Assembly: GCF_006345805.1 (NCBI RefSeq)
Contig: NW_021832829.1
Coordinates: 310,001 to 374,000 of the forward strand
Direction: 5' to 3'
Source of the DNA: Octopus sinensis
Taxonomy: Eukaryota
DNA: 64,000 bases
The notes beneath the pieces were generated by a model, which saw only the letters and a program-made list of their open reading frames with translations, was not told the DNA's origin and searched no databases. Below are positions 40,994 through 52,254 of this stretch, piece after piece. The position numbers and the translations under genes were made by a program. How positions within the stretch are numbered: position 1 is the first letter of the stretch; every line of letters starts with the position of its first letter.

Positions 40994-43900
40994 ATGGAGG
41001 TGGACTATTTCTCATCTGGTATTAAAACTTATTTTTTAATAATATTAAAAAATAGGCGTAGAATATATAGAAGATGGCGATGAATGTGATGAAATAACAT
41101 CAGAAGTATGGCAAGAAGCCTGCTGGATCGTGATCTCTGCATATTTCGAAGAGAAAGGCCTGGTTCGGCAACAGTTGGACTCATTTGACGAATTTATCCA
41201 AATGTCTGTCCAACGAATTGTTGAAGAGACCCCCCCGATAGAGCTCAAGGCAGAACTCCAACATAACCCAGGACAAGAAGAAAGCCAAGTAGGAGATATT
41301 CTGAGAGCATAGATTAAATATTTGGTTAAATTCGGCCAAATCTACCTTTCTCGGCCCACTCATTGGGAAAAAGAAGGAAATGCAGTGCAAATGCTTCCAA
41401 ATGAGGCAAGACTGAGAAATTTGACGTGATATTTAATATTATTAACACAAATAGATATTCAGCCCCAATCTATGTCGACATGACCAAAACATGTTACCAG
41501 GATGACGTGGAGATTAGTACGAGTACCCACACCAAGGTCTTCATTGGAAGAGTACCAATTATGCTCCGTTCTGCTTACTGTCTACTCAATAACCTATCGG
41601 CGAGGGATCTAATCGATTTAAAAGAGTGCCCCCTTGACCCAGGTGGGTACTTTATTGTGAATGGCTCGGAGAAAGTGATTATAGCCCAGGAGAAGATGGC
41701 TTCCAACAACGGTGGTCTCTTTATTTTATTCCTTAGTTTATGTGTTTCAGCAAAAGGATTCCAAATACAGTTATAAAGCGGAGGTGAGGTGTGCGGTGGA
41801 AAACTCTAACCGCCCCACGTCAACGTTGTGGGTGAACATGCTAGCCAGAGGGGGGCAGGGGACTAAAAAAAGTGTGATTGGTCAACGAATAATGGCCACT
41901 CTTCCATATGTCAAACAGGAGATCCCAATCATGGTAGTCTTCCGTGCACTGGGATTTGTTTCTGACCGAGATATACTGGAACATATCATCTATGACTTTG
42001 ATGACCCCGAAATGATGGAAATGGTTGTTTTTGCCTTAAAAGTGCAGCTCAAACCATCTTTGGACGAGGCCTTTGTCATTCAACATCAGAACGTGGCTCT
42101 CAACTTTATCGGGACTCGTGGAGCACGTCCGGGAGTCACTAAAGAGAAAAGAATTAAGTACGCCCGGGACATACTTCAAAAGGAGGTTCTTCCACATGCA
42201 GGCACATCTGAGTTTTGTGAGACCAAAAAAGCATATTTTTTGGGGTTTGCTGATAGGAGGTGATATTTAAAGGTATATTGTGCACCGACTCCTCATGTGT
42301 GCTTTGGGACGTCGTTTGTGTGATGACCGAGACCACATGGCCTTCAAACGACTAGATATGGCTGGACCCCTCCTGGCCTTTCTCTTCCGGGGTCTATTCC
42401 GTAATTTGGTGAAGGAAGTCCGCCTGTACGCTCAACGGATTATTGACCGTGGAAAGGACTTTAACGTAGAACTGGCCATAAAGACGAGAATAATCACCGA
42501 CGGACTCCGTTATTCGTTGGCGACTGGTAATTGGGGTGATCAGAAAAAAGCTCACATGGCCCGTGCTGGTGTTTCTCAAGTTTATTGGATGTCTTGAGTT
42601 TTTGTTAGGTATTGAATAGACTGACATATGTGTCCACTCTCTCACACTTGCGACGTCTTAATTCCCCTATTGGCCGTGATGGAAAACTGGCCCGTCCTCG
42701 TCAACTCCACAATACACAATGGGGGTACCTGTGTCCGGCAGAGACGCCCGAGGGGACCGCAGTTGGTCTGGTCAAGAACTTGGCTCTTATGGCTTATATC
42801 TCAGTGGGGTCTCAGCCTTATCCAATCTTGGAGTTTTTGGAAGAATGGGGGATGGAAAATTTGGAAGAGGTGTCATCACCGACGATAGTTGGAAGGTCTG
42901 TCAATTTTGTTTGAGTCTTAGTACTACGAAGGTGTTTGTAAACGGGTGTTGGGTGGGTATTCACCGTGATCCTGAACAACTAATGGTGATTCTCAGGAAA
43001 TTGAGACGTCAGACTGGAGACGTGGTGGTCTCGGAGGTATGGAGTCATGTTGAATTGTAGGTTTCCATATTACGGGACATTGAAGACAGGGAGATTAAGA
43101 TATTTTGTGACGCCGGTCGTGCATGTCGTCCGCTTCTTATTGTGGAGAACCAGAAATTATTACTAAAAAATCGCCATATCGAGGGACTCAAGCGCCAATA
43201 TGACTCACTTGGGTTGAATGTTTTGTTTTTAGTAATTAGATGGAAGGATTTTGTGTCCGAAGGAGTTGTGGAGTACATTGACTCGATAGAAGAACAGATG
43301 ACAATGATTGCAATGCATCCTGACGATTTATCCGAAGTATCCTCTTACTGTTCGTCTTACACTCATTGCGAAATACACCCGTCCATGATATTGGGAGTGT
43401 GTGCCTCCCTCATTCCCTTTCCCGACCATAACCAGGTGTTCTACATTTTCCTTTACACTTTTAGTCTCCTAGAAATACTTACCAGGCTGCCATGGGGAAG
43501 CAGGCCATGGGAGTGTACGTCACCAACTTTCACGTCAGGATGGATTCGTTAGCATTCTGTCTTTATTATCCTCAAAAACCACTCACGACGACTAGAGCTA
43601 CCGAGTTTCTAAAGTTTAGAGAACTTCCAGCTGGTTAGTTAATTTGCGAGAATTACAGGAATTAACACAATCGTGGCTATAGCTGCCTACACAGGCTACA
43701 ACCAGGAAGATTCTATAATAATGAATCAGTCGGGAGTGGACAGGGGGCTATTTAGGTGAATGGTCTTGTAAATGTCTCAGAGCAGTGTTTTATCGTTGTT
43801 ATCGTGACCAGGAAACACGACGTCCTCCATATGAGGAAGAGTGTTTCGAGAGACCAAATAGAAAGGAAGTAATCGGAATGAGACACGCAGTTTATGAAAA

Positions 43901-44984
43901 GTTGGACGAAGACGGGGTGATTGCTCCTGGGACACGTGTTTCAGGAGATGACGTAATAATTGGAAAGACGGCGACTATAAATGACAGCGATGATGAAGTT
44001 GACTATGTTTGAAAGTAATTTTTAGTTGGAGGGTGATGTCAAGCGTTTTTCTAAAAGGGATGCCTCTACGTTCTTACGGAAAACGGAAATTGGGATAGTC
44101 GACCAAGTGATGATGACAGTGAGTCAGGAGGGGTACAAATTCTGTAAAGTTCGTGTGCGAACGTGCAAAATTCCACAAATCGGGGATAAATTTGCGTCCC
44201 GACATGGACAGAAAGGGACTTGCGGAATCCAATACCGTCAGGAGGTAGGAATAAGATGGTTATTTTAGGACTTGCCGTTTACATGTGAAGGGATAACCCC
44301 TGACCTGATAATAAACCCACACGCCATCCCAAGCCGGATGACGATTGGTCATCTCATTGAATGTCTGCTGGGAAAGTTGTCTGCGTGCAGAGGGGAGATT
44401 GGGGATGCCACTCCCTTCAACGATACAATCAACGTCCAGAAAATATCGAATATGCTTAAGGACTATGGCTATCACTTGAGGGGAAATGAGGTCATGTACT
44501 GCGGATTCACGGGGCGGAAGATAAATACGCAGATTTTTATTGGTCCCACATATTACCAGAGATTGAAACATATGGTCGACGATAAAATACACGCCCGAGC
44601 TCGGGGACCAGTTCAGATTCTGACGAGGCAGCCTTTGGAAGGACGTTCGCGGTGTTGTTGGTCGGGTTACTTCTAGTGATGGTGGTCTACGATTTGGAGA
44701 AATGGAAAGGGATTGTCAAATTTCTCACGGAGCGGCACAGTTCCTCAGGGAAAGACTTTTCGAGGTGTCTGACCCCTACTACGTGGTGGTTTGTAACAAA
44801 TGTGGATTCATTGCCATCTTTTCAAAGAGTAACAAGTCACTAGAATGCAAGTCCTGTAAGAATAAGACTCAGGTAAGCTCCATTGCATGTTTCGTAGATG
44901 TCACTGATTGGAATTCCTTACGCATGTAAATTGCTATTCCAGGAGTTGATGTCAATGTCTATCGCACCCAGAATGTTGGTCTGA
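40994..44984 (+). CDS. POLR2B: RNA polymerase II second-largest subunit; about 20 short introns
   Basis: [107 protein letters not shown]. Confidence 0.98.
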
Positions 44985-45344
44985 AATGTCTTGAAACTCT
45001 TTTGATATCTTTCCATTTTGTTCCATTTTTTATTTAGTCTAAGATTCCAGGCTTGTTCAAAAATCGGCCCGTGTTTTTGTCGGTAATTAAAATAAGAATC
45101 GATTGTATGGCTTTTTTGATTAATTGCGATAATACATCTGGCTCCGTGTTTGAGGCACTCCGCGTTTTGGGTTAATTTTCTGAAAATAGTAATTCCAATG
45201 CCAAACTATTTGTTTCGCCGCTTTGGTCGGGGCACTTTTATTATTTAATTTTGTATCTTATTCAATATTAAAAAATCAAATTTTCAGGTGTCATTTTTTA
45301 GTTCATTTATATTAAAGTCAATCACATAATTAAAGATATAAAAT

Positions 45345-45790
45345 TAAATAGATTTTACTCAAACCAAACCTCAACATTATTGCCAATCAGTCATATTCCA
45401 CACAAAAAAATCTTAGTCGCACCGATCTCAAAAGTTAACCAAGAAGTTGGACCGGGGCGTTGGGTATCATGTGACCAACGATCGGTTAATCTGAGGGCCC
45501 TTTGTTGGGCCTCCTCGATTCGCCTCCTGTTGGACCACGATAGCCGCGGACCCCATGATCCGCAGGCGTAGGCAATACAAGGTTCGAAGTACTGGCGGTA
45601 GATATTCGCCAGTACCGGGTGCGACCCATTTTTACATATTCCGGATAGAGTTCGTAGTATGTTCAATTTTTTTTCGCATTTGCGAAGGAGGTTGTCTGCA
45701 TGTGGGGAGAAACAGAGGTGCATGTCGAGGGTTACCCCTAGGACCGTCTGACTCCTGTAGAAGGGTACGGATATATTATTCAGCTTTAAG
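45345..45790 (-). mobile_element. I-clade-like LINE 3' fragment
   Basis: HADNLLRKCEKKLNILRTLSG...YRQYFEPCIAYACGSW...IEEAQQRALRL. Confidence 0.7.
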
Positions 45791-46319
45791 TCGACTTACG
45801 TCCTTCCAAAATTTTAAAAGAGTGAAAAAGACATTAGTGCAATTTGAGATCCGTCACCAACCTCAACCGAAATATTAATTCAATAATACCGTGCTTCCAC
45901 AATGGGAAAGTTTTCAATGTAAGGCATTATATAAAAAGAAAAAAACAGCTTTTCTTTAATTCAAACGCATTTGAAAAAATTCTTACTGCAGAGTATTTGT
46001 CAGAATTATTAGATGAATTTGTCAAACATTTGAACGTCTAAGAAATGGAACAATACCTGTGCCGGCTATAATACGTTACTCTAAAACTAGTTAAAAATTA
46101 AATTTATTACTTTTACAGCATTTAATTGATGTATAGATCGTTTTAAAAAGATGCACGGCATGTTTCTTAAAACTCTACATGAAAAATAAAAATCGTCGGA
46201 AAAAAATCTATTGCCAAATTTTTATTTCGATATGAAAAAAAATTATAGAATTGCTAATTTTTTAATTTTATAATTAACAGATTTTGAAAAACATTAAGAA
46301 TTTTTTTTGGAAAAAATAA

Positions 46320-46625
46320 ACACTAACCAGAACCGGCTGACAGGATTAAGAGACAATTCCTGAATAAGAAATGTAAATTTTCTGAGATCTTTAGAACAAT
46401 GGGTGCGCAAATGGCCAAGTTTCTTTAAATGAGCAAGAGTTTGGGTACCGAAAACACAGGACGTCTCTACGGCAATTGCCCAGAATCAAAAGCATTTGCA
46501 CAAATGACAGTACTTCGACAAGTTCATAGATTCGATTTTCTTAGCCAACAAACCGGGTCGACAAGCAGTTGAATTCAAGGTCCCCTTGGCGAAAGGGTCA
46601 GCACAGCTAATGTCCCAAACAAGCT
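46320..46625 (-). mobile_element. CRE-like 3' fragment
   Basis: Minus frame LVWDISCADPF...AIAVETSCVFG. Confidence 0.65.
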
Positions 46626-46629
46626 GTTT

Positions 46630-47201
46630 CTCAGATTCAAATGCGAATACCGTGCTCTAATCGGGACGTGTTGCTTTTTAAAAGTCAAGATCTGTCGGTT
46701 CCAGAACTGAAAGGAAACCTGCTCTTCCATGGGGGGAAAAGAGAAATTCATTTAATCGAAGTGGGAGTTACCTCGCAAGACCGTTTAAAGCAAGTTGAAG
46801 TGGAGAAATTTCACAAATACGACCTCTTTGCAAACGAACTGTCGGTTCTCTATGAAGCAAAAGTGAAGATTATTCCAATTGTCTTGACATGGGATGGAGT
46901 TGTCTCAAAGTTCTTTAAAAGTCATATGGACAAGTTATCCATTGAAGAAGGAACGAGGACATACATCCAGTCTGTTGTGCTAAAGAGTACGCAAGAGAGT
47001 ATGCTTATCGAGCACAGACATGGGATGAAGGTAGACAACGAGGAGAACGCCTCTGCCGCCAATCAACTTGCGGAGCTGGCATGTCGTGAGGACACTCAAT
47101 TGAATAAATTCATTGACGCAGAAATAGAGAATGAAAGAAAGTTTATGGAAAACTCTTCTTCCAAGCGAAGAAGAGAAATCATTGAAGATCTGGATTTTTA
47201 A
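46630..47201 (+). mobile_element. R4/Dong-like RLE retroelement C-terminal fragment
   Basis: IHLIEVGVTSQDRLKQVEVEKFHKYDLFANEL...VKIIPIVLTWDGVVSK...YIQSVVLK. Confidence 0.75.
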
Positions 47202-47443
47202 TTAGCTAATTTCACGTGATTGTTTTTCTTGTTACATGTTCTGTCTTTATCGATTATGAATCAATATTAAAGGTATTAGCATAATTGACCTTGAAAGTGC
47301 AATTAGCAGAGAAATTAACCGAGTCACCAAGAAGAAAATGGTTCTATTATTTTTATTGATTCTGCTTTAACATATGTTGTTGAAGCAACTCTGCCCACTT
47401 CAGAATTTTGACTTTGGACATTTAACATCGTGATATTGTCCAC

Positions 47444-47676
47444 ATGTCATTGACCACTTGTGATGCTGTACATTTGTTTGCCAAGTATCGGCTGATGCTA
47501 AACTCGATGGCTTGCAGTTCTTGTGGAGAAAATTGTACCCTTGTTGCATACAATAAAGGATTCGACAAGCATAGATGGAAGTTCAAAGTTTACAAAGTGT
47601 ATAAATCAATACGGGATCGGAATTTCTTACCTCCGCAGTAACTAGGTCGCAATGAGCGAAGCGAGCTATCAGCTAG
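47444..47676 (+). mobile_element. ISXO2/Merlin-like N-terminal fragment ending in a Helitron-type 3' terminus
   Basis: MACSSCGENCTLV...HRW...KSIRD, then CTAGGTCGCAATGAGCGAAGCGAGCTATCAGCTAG|T (47642-47676), similar to the Helitron end at 21981. Confidence 0.5.
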
Positions 47677-47758
47677 TCAACTTAAAAATAATCGATTAGT
47701 TATTAAAGCATCACGATGTTAAATATTATTAATATTCTCGTGACGGCGTGACTGGAAA

Positions 47759-48493
47759 ATGACTACTCAGATCGACCGTGCAAAGGCTGCTTTTAGCACA
47801 CTTCTCGGGGAAATCAACCATTCAGAGGAACTTCCGGTATTCATGGCATGGCTGGACTATAAGTTGGCCGAGTTTGACATTTGCGGTCATATCACCCTTG
47901 ACTGTTATTGACCTTTCAGACTACATTTAGGCCATCAAGAACTCCCCGCGTGGATGTCTTCAGTCCTGAGAATCTTTATGGACAAAAAACTGGACTCAAT
48001 TTTTCCTATTCAAGTTCAGACTAAAAAACTGGACTCAATTTTCCCCAGTCAAGTTCAGACTAATTTTCCACTCTTAAACACCGAGGAATGTAATTTTGTT
48101 TTATTCTCAATTTGAGTAGTTACTTCTTCACTCTCAATAAAACCTTCTGACTCGCTTGGTACAACTCCAGTGAAGAAATCGAGGAATTCTACTCCTGCAA
48201 AAAGTCCTAAAGTTAAGAAAGAAGATATCCCAACAAAATCAGTACATGTGGATTCTCCTAACAAAAACCCGGGTTTTGTGTTTTATTTATCTTGTTCAGT
48301 AACAAAAACAGAGACTTTTCATTATTGCACTGTGTGTGATTATCGTTCCAAGTCAAAATCGGATGCTGCAAAGCATATTCGAACACATACTGGAGAGAAG
48401 CCTTATTCCTGCAGATTTATGTGTGGCCAGGCTTTTTCAAGATCAGACAAGCGTAACGATCATGAGAAAAAGCATCATTCTAGTCCTCAATGA
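47759..48493 (+). CDS. C2H2 zinc-finger protein (two fingers); multi-exon, upstream exons inferred
   Basis: [50 protein letters not shown]; upstream in-frame 39-bp duplication encoding [13 protein letters not shown] twice. Confidence 0.8.
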
Positions 48494-48529
48494 TTTTTCT
48501 TTTATATTTCTCTTTTTATTGGTCATGTA

Positions 48530-48932
48530 CTTTGCCTCAAATGTTATAAATATTTAATGGATATCGACCAAGAAAACCAAATAGTCATTTACGAGTGCTT
48601 TTTAGGGACAGGAATTCCCACCTATGTCGCCTCAAACAAAAATCCCAAAATGTTTGTTCTTGAATCTCCATACCTCAGTATCCCCTACTTAACACAGCGT
48701 CAAAACCCTATCTTCCTAGGGTCCTCATCCTTCTTCTACTCAAGTATCACTTCCGTACAGATCAGTAGATTGTCAAAGTATACTTTTCTATTCAAATCTT
48801 TTGCGGAGCAATCTTGAAGATTCAAGTACGCGTCTTCTCAAGCTTTTAAAAAATAAAATTGATGCCAATCCCATTGCAGATCACCTCCAATATCATCCCA
48901 AATACCTGCAAAAATTTTGGGTCAACAATTAA
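48530..48932 (+). pseudogene. Intronless alpha/beta hydrolase pseudogene, bacterial-like
   Basis: ENQIVIYECFLGTGIPTYVASNKNPKMFVLESPYLSI (degenerate GxSxG region); after a frameshift PYLPRVLILLLLKYHFRTDQ*IVKV..IQIFCG, then DSSTRLLKLLKNKID...HLQYHPKY; no introns. Confidence 0.75.
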
Positions 48933-48974
48933 TCAAAAATCCTTTAGTTTAATCTTATTTTTAAGGGGAGAATT

Positions 48975-50622
48975 ATGAACAACTTACTTCCAGAAACAAA
49001 TGATGAAGAACCTTTTATCCTCTATATCAGGGGTCGGCAAATACTTTTGGAGAAGAGCCAATTTTGAACATTTTTGGAAATTTCGAAAAATTGAAGAGCC
49101 ACCTTTTACCACTTGTCAAAAATTTAAATTCATAAAATTAAATAGACATTAATTTAAAAAATAATTAAGAATTCATTTTAAAAAATTAAATTAATCAGAC
49201 GCATTAATGAGAAATGTGATTCCTCATTTCTTTGATGAGTTGGTTAATGTCTGGGTCGTAAGTCGTTAATTTTAATCTGAGGTTAGATTCCAAATTCGAA
49301 TCTGTAATTTTGTTCCTTAATTTAGATTTTATATAATTCATATAAGAAAAACTTTGTTCACACATATAAGTGGACCCGAATATTGTCAAAATTCCGTATG
49401 CAAATTTTTTTAATTCATAATAAGAATCTGGAAGAGAATTCAAGTTTCGAAAATCACATCTTCAAGTTTCTTTTGTATAACATTAATATCATTTTTAATT
49501 TTACCAGACAATGTTTCTGTTTCAAGTAATTCTGAAAGGCGAATAAATTTTGATGCCCATAATTCCTTGCATGTCAAGTCCAATAGCTGCATTTCGAACT
49601 CAGCTGCGTTGATTTCAAAGTTCTTCAGAGGTTTTAATGAAACATGCCTTTATAAATTCGCCATCGGTAAATGGTTTTCCCCTTTTTGCGATCTCGTGGC
49701 TTGTCAAAAAACTGGCAATATTTGCAGTCCTGGCATTGTGATACCAATATTTAAAAGCGGAATTCTCAATCTGATTATTCTTTGCAAGTTTTTCTACAGC
49801 TTTCTTTCGGGAATCACTAATTGGATATTTTTTTGCGAAATTTGAGTGTTTTGTGTTAGAGTGTCTCTCTAAATTTGACTTTTTATTTTGATTCAAAGTT
49901 TCCTGGCAAATGAGACATTTCGGTAGTTGTTCTGAATTAGACGTGAATGTAAAAATTTCAGTCCATTTTGATTGAAAATGTCGCCCATTATCGATTTTTT
50001 TATTAATTTTTTTATTGCTAGGCATATATCGATGTACCACAAAAAATTAATGTTAAACGTGCAAAGATTTTTTGTTATTAACAAAACAAAAAAAATAGTT
50101 AAAAATTAAAATCATTTATTAAAAAAATAGTTAAAAATTGAAAGAGCCTACCGTAAGATTTAAAGAGCCTTCAAAGGCTCGCGAGCCTGCTTTTGCCGAC
50201 CCCTGCTCTATATCAAAGAAGCTCAAATAGAAGAGACAAACATCACCATCGATGACATCTCAGTTGAAGACTACCCTTCTTTCCTCAGCTCTCCAGCAAA
50301 AACGAAAGGATGCAAAGTTCGGAGAATCAGGCTAAAGAACAAAAAGAGCTATTAAAAGAGTGTCAAACTGTTTGGGAATCATGAAACCATCTTGCCTTTA
50401 CCAGTAAAAATCAACTCCTCAATGGTACCTGTAAAATGCATTGTTGAGCTCGATGATATACTCTCTCTAAACTTTCCTTCTTTTGGTACTTTAATCTTGG
50501 GAGACTGGGAATGGCGAGAGAACAATGAAAAGTTGGAAATTGCACAAAAAACAAAGGAATTTCCTTAAGAAGTTTTGCAAACAGGTCAACGCATAGAAAA
50601 AGCTCGAAAACTTCGGGTCTGA
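48975..50622 (+). pseudogene. Hypothetical bacterial-like gene interrupted by a hAT insertion and two in-frame stops
   Basis: AAGGGGAG SD-like motif just before ATG 48975; removing 49028-50205 plus one TSD copy restores one frame MNNLLPETNDEEPFILY|IKEAQIEET...KSY*KSVKLFG...EFP*EVLQTGQRIEKARKLRV*. Confidence 0.6.
49028..50205 (-). mobile_element. Internally deleted hAT (GTF2IRD2/SPIN-like)
   Basis: TIRs CAGGGGTCGGCAAA and TTTGCCGACCCCTG; 8-bp TSD CTCTATAT (49020-49027, 50206-50213); remnants PKCLICQE...NLERH and IFGSTYMCEQSFS. Confidence 0.92.
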
Positions 50623-50669
50623 TTGTTTGCTTCTTATCACAAACAGCTTTATCTAGCTTAGGATGCATT

Positions 50670-50954
50670 TTGATCATAAACCATCAGCGCTTGCGGCAAC
50701 TCCTGCAAGTGCCAAAGACATGACAGATCAGAAGGGCTGGCAATTTTTCCATATGATTCAGTCGAAGGCGAGTGCCTTTTGAATTCAGCTATTAAAGTAA
50801 GTCTAGGAGACTTTAACGCTTTTTTAAAAACTCGTTCTAAAGGGCGTCCTTCTTTCATGATTTTTTGAATGCTCTCCGAATCATGCATTTCAATTTCATC
50901 TACTTTGCTATGTTTATGAGCGATGATTTTCTTTAATTTTTTTTTTTTGAGCAA
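50670..50954 (-). pseudogene. trpC: Truncated indole-3-glycerol phosphate synthase (N-terminal part)
   Basis: LKKIIAHKHSKV...FKKALKSPRLTLIAEFKRHSPS matches the IGPS N-terminus and IAE.K..SPS motif; frameshift before LALAGVAAS; the rest is missing. Confidence 0.8.
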
Positions 50955-51014
50955 ATAAGTTTTAATGGATTTTTAGAAACAGAGAATAAGATATCCACGG
51001 ATTTATAAAGAGCC

Positions 51015-51240
51015 TGGAGGTCAGCTCAAAGTCGCCGCACTGCGTATCGAGTGGCAGTTTCCGCGGAGCACCGCGACCGAGATTCGCTGGAAGAGCCAGC
51101 TCGTCTCCCTCCGGTCGTTGGTCTTCCTGGCAATTTTGCTGGCAATGTCGGCAAGAAGGCGAGTCGCAGACCTGCCGACGATTCCAGATGTTTCAAAGGC
51201 GAGGGGGACAAACTCGTAAGAGTCCGAATTTTCTTTAATT
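51015..51240 (-). mobile_element. CRE-like 3' fragment inserted in the bacterial-like island
   Basis: Minus frame PLAFETSGIVGRSATRLLADIASKIARKTNDRRETSWLFQRISVAVLRGN. Confidence 0.8.
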
Positions 51241-51245
51241 AGGTT

Positions 51246-51628
51246 TCATTTTTTAATAATCTCTAGCGATTTTCCTTCTAGTTGTGCCTTTCGAGCTTTT
51301 TCAATTCTTTCTTCGATTATCTCAGCTAAATTATAAACATAAATTGCTATTCCTGCATTAAGGGTCAAGTATCTGCAATAGGTTATGCCCCAAGTGCTTC
51401 TAAAAAGCCTGGAATTGATCACAAAATTTCCACCTTCTAAGCTTCTTTTGTGCAAGTTTTAAAACCACATTTTGCTGGGTCTGGCTCAAAGCGAATCTTT
51501 TCTTCAACAACATCAAAAACTCCGACAGGTGTGAGTTCATTCATCCCTTGACAGTAAAAGAGAATCGATTTCTTCGTTTTAAGTTTAAAAAAATAGGCAA
51601 GTAAATCAAGTACTTCTTCACTTATCAT
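51246..51628 (-). pseudogene. Frameshifted intronless hypothetical gene
   Basis: Overlapping ORFs 51437-51628 and 51246-51455 look like one gene split by a frameshift; no recognised family. Confidence 0.4.
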
Positions 51629-51744
51629 TTATAGCAGGTGAAAAGGAGGCTTAGTTAACTTAAGAAGTAAATCAATAAAGCTAAAGAGCATACAAATCTC
51701 TAGCTCGTTACAAACCGCTGCACCTCTCTAAAAGCCCGATAATA

Positions 51745-52200
51745 ATAAGAGACAAATATGAACTTAATGCTTATTCCATTGATTGCTTGAACCACTTTTT
51801 CGGGAAATAACTACATCACTCCTACTGAGATGAGACAATCTACGCTGCGAATCCACCTCAGAAAACCTCTTAATGAGGCTCGACCAGCATTGGCTCGCCT
51901 GTTTACTCTCTGCTGCTGTGCAACACAGCGAGTCATGGCTGAAAGTTATGCCAAATGCTGGCCTCGAAACATTATAAGAAGATGGCATACGCATCGGTAA
52001 TACACTGATAGTCGGACTTGACGTCTGCGAACAACATCGCTGCAGATGTCGAAAAATGGTCGACTTTATAGGTGTCCACCCACTCTCTTGCAAACGAAGT
52101 GTTGGCCGAGCTCTTAGACACTTCGCAGTTATTTTACGAAATCTTGAGTCAGCGGGATTTCCCTCGGTGCTAGAGACAGTGGCGATAGAAAAGGACCCAA
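51745..52200 (-). mobile_element. CRE-like fragment (CCHC/RLE region), rearranged
   Basis: DGIRIG...GLDVCEQHRCRCRKMVDFIGVHPLSCKRSVGR in an alternative minus frame. Confidence 0.65.
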
Positions 52201-52254
52201 TGGGATAACACCTTTCCTTACTTTTTTTTCATAACAGAAGAAAATATGAAAGGC

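Noticed and set aside
40994-44984. Non-canonical splicing, alternative genetic code, or overlapping antisense genes in RPB2
   Set aside because: Every break I checked resolves with a GT-AG intron under the standard code; overlapping ORFs are alternative-frame artefacts.
45844-46060. Short host gene
   Set aside because: No recognisable family and no clear exon structure; one frame faintly resembles TE-associated Cys motifs, too weak to call.
50411-50677. Minus-strand 88-aa ORF as a separate gene
   Set aside because: It is antisense to the plus-strand frame that continues the hAT-interrupted gene, so most likely a shadow ORF.
51437-51628. TBC-domain gene fragment (YCQGMNEL)
   Set aside because: Only the short motif matches; no other TBC motifs or introns are nearby, so it is treated as coincidence.
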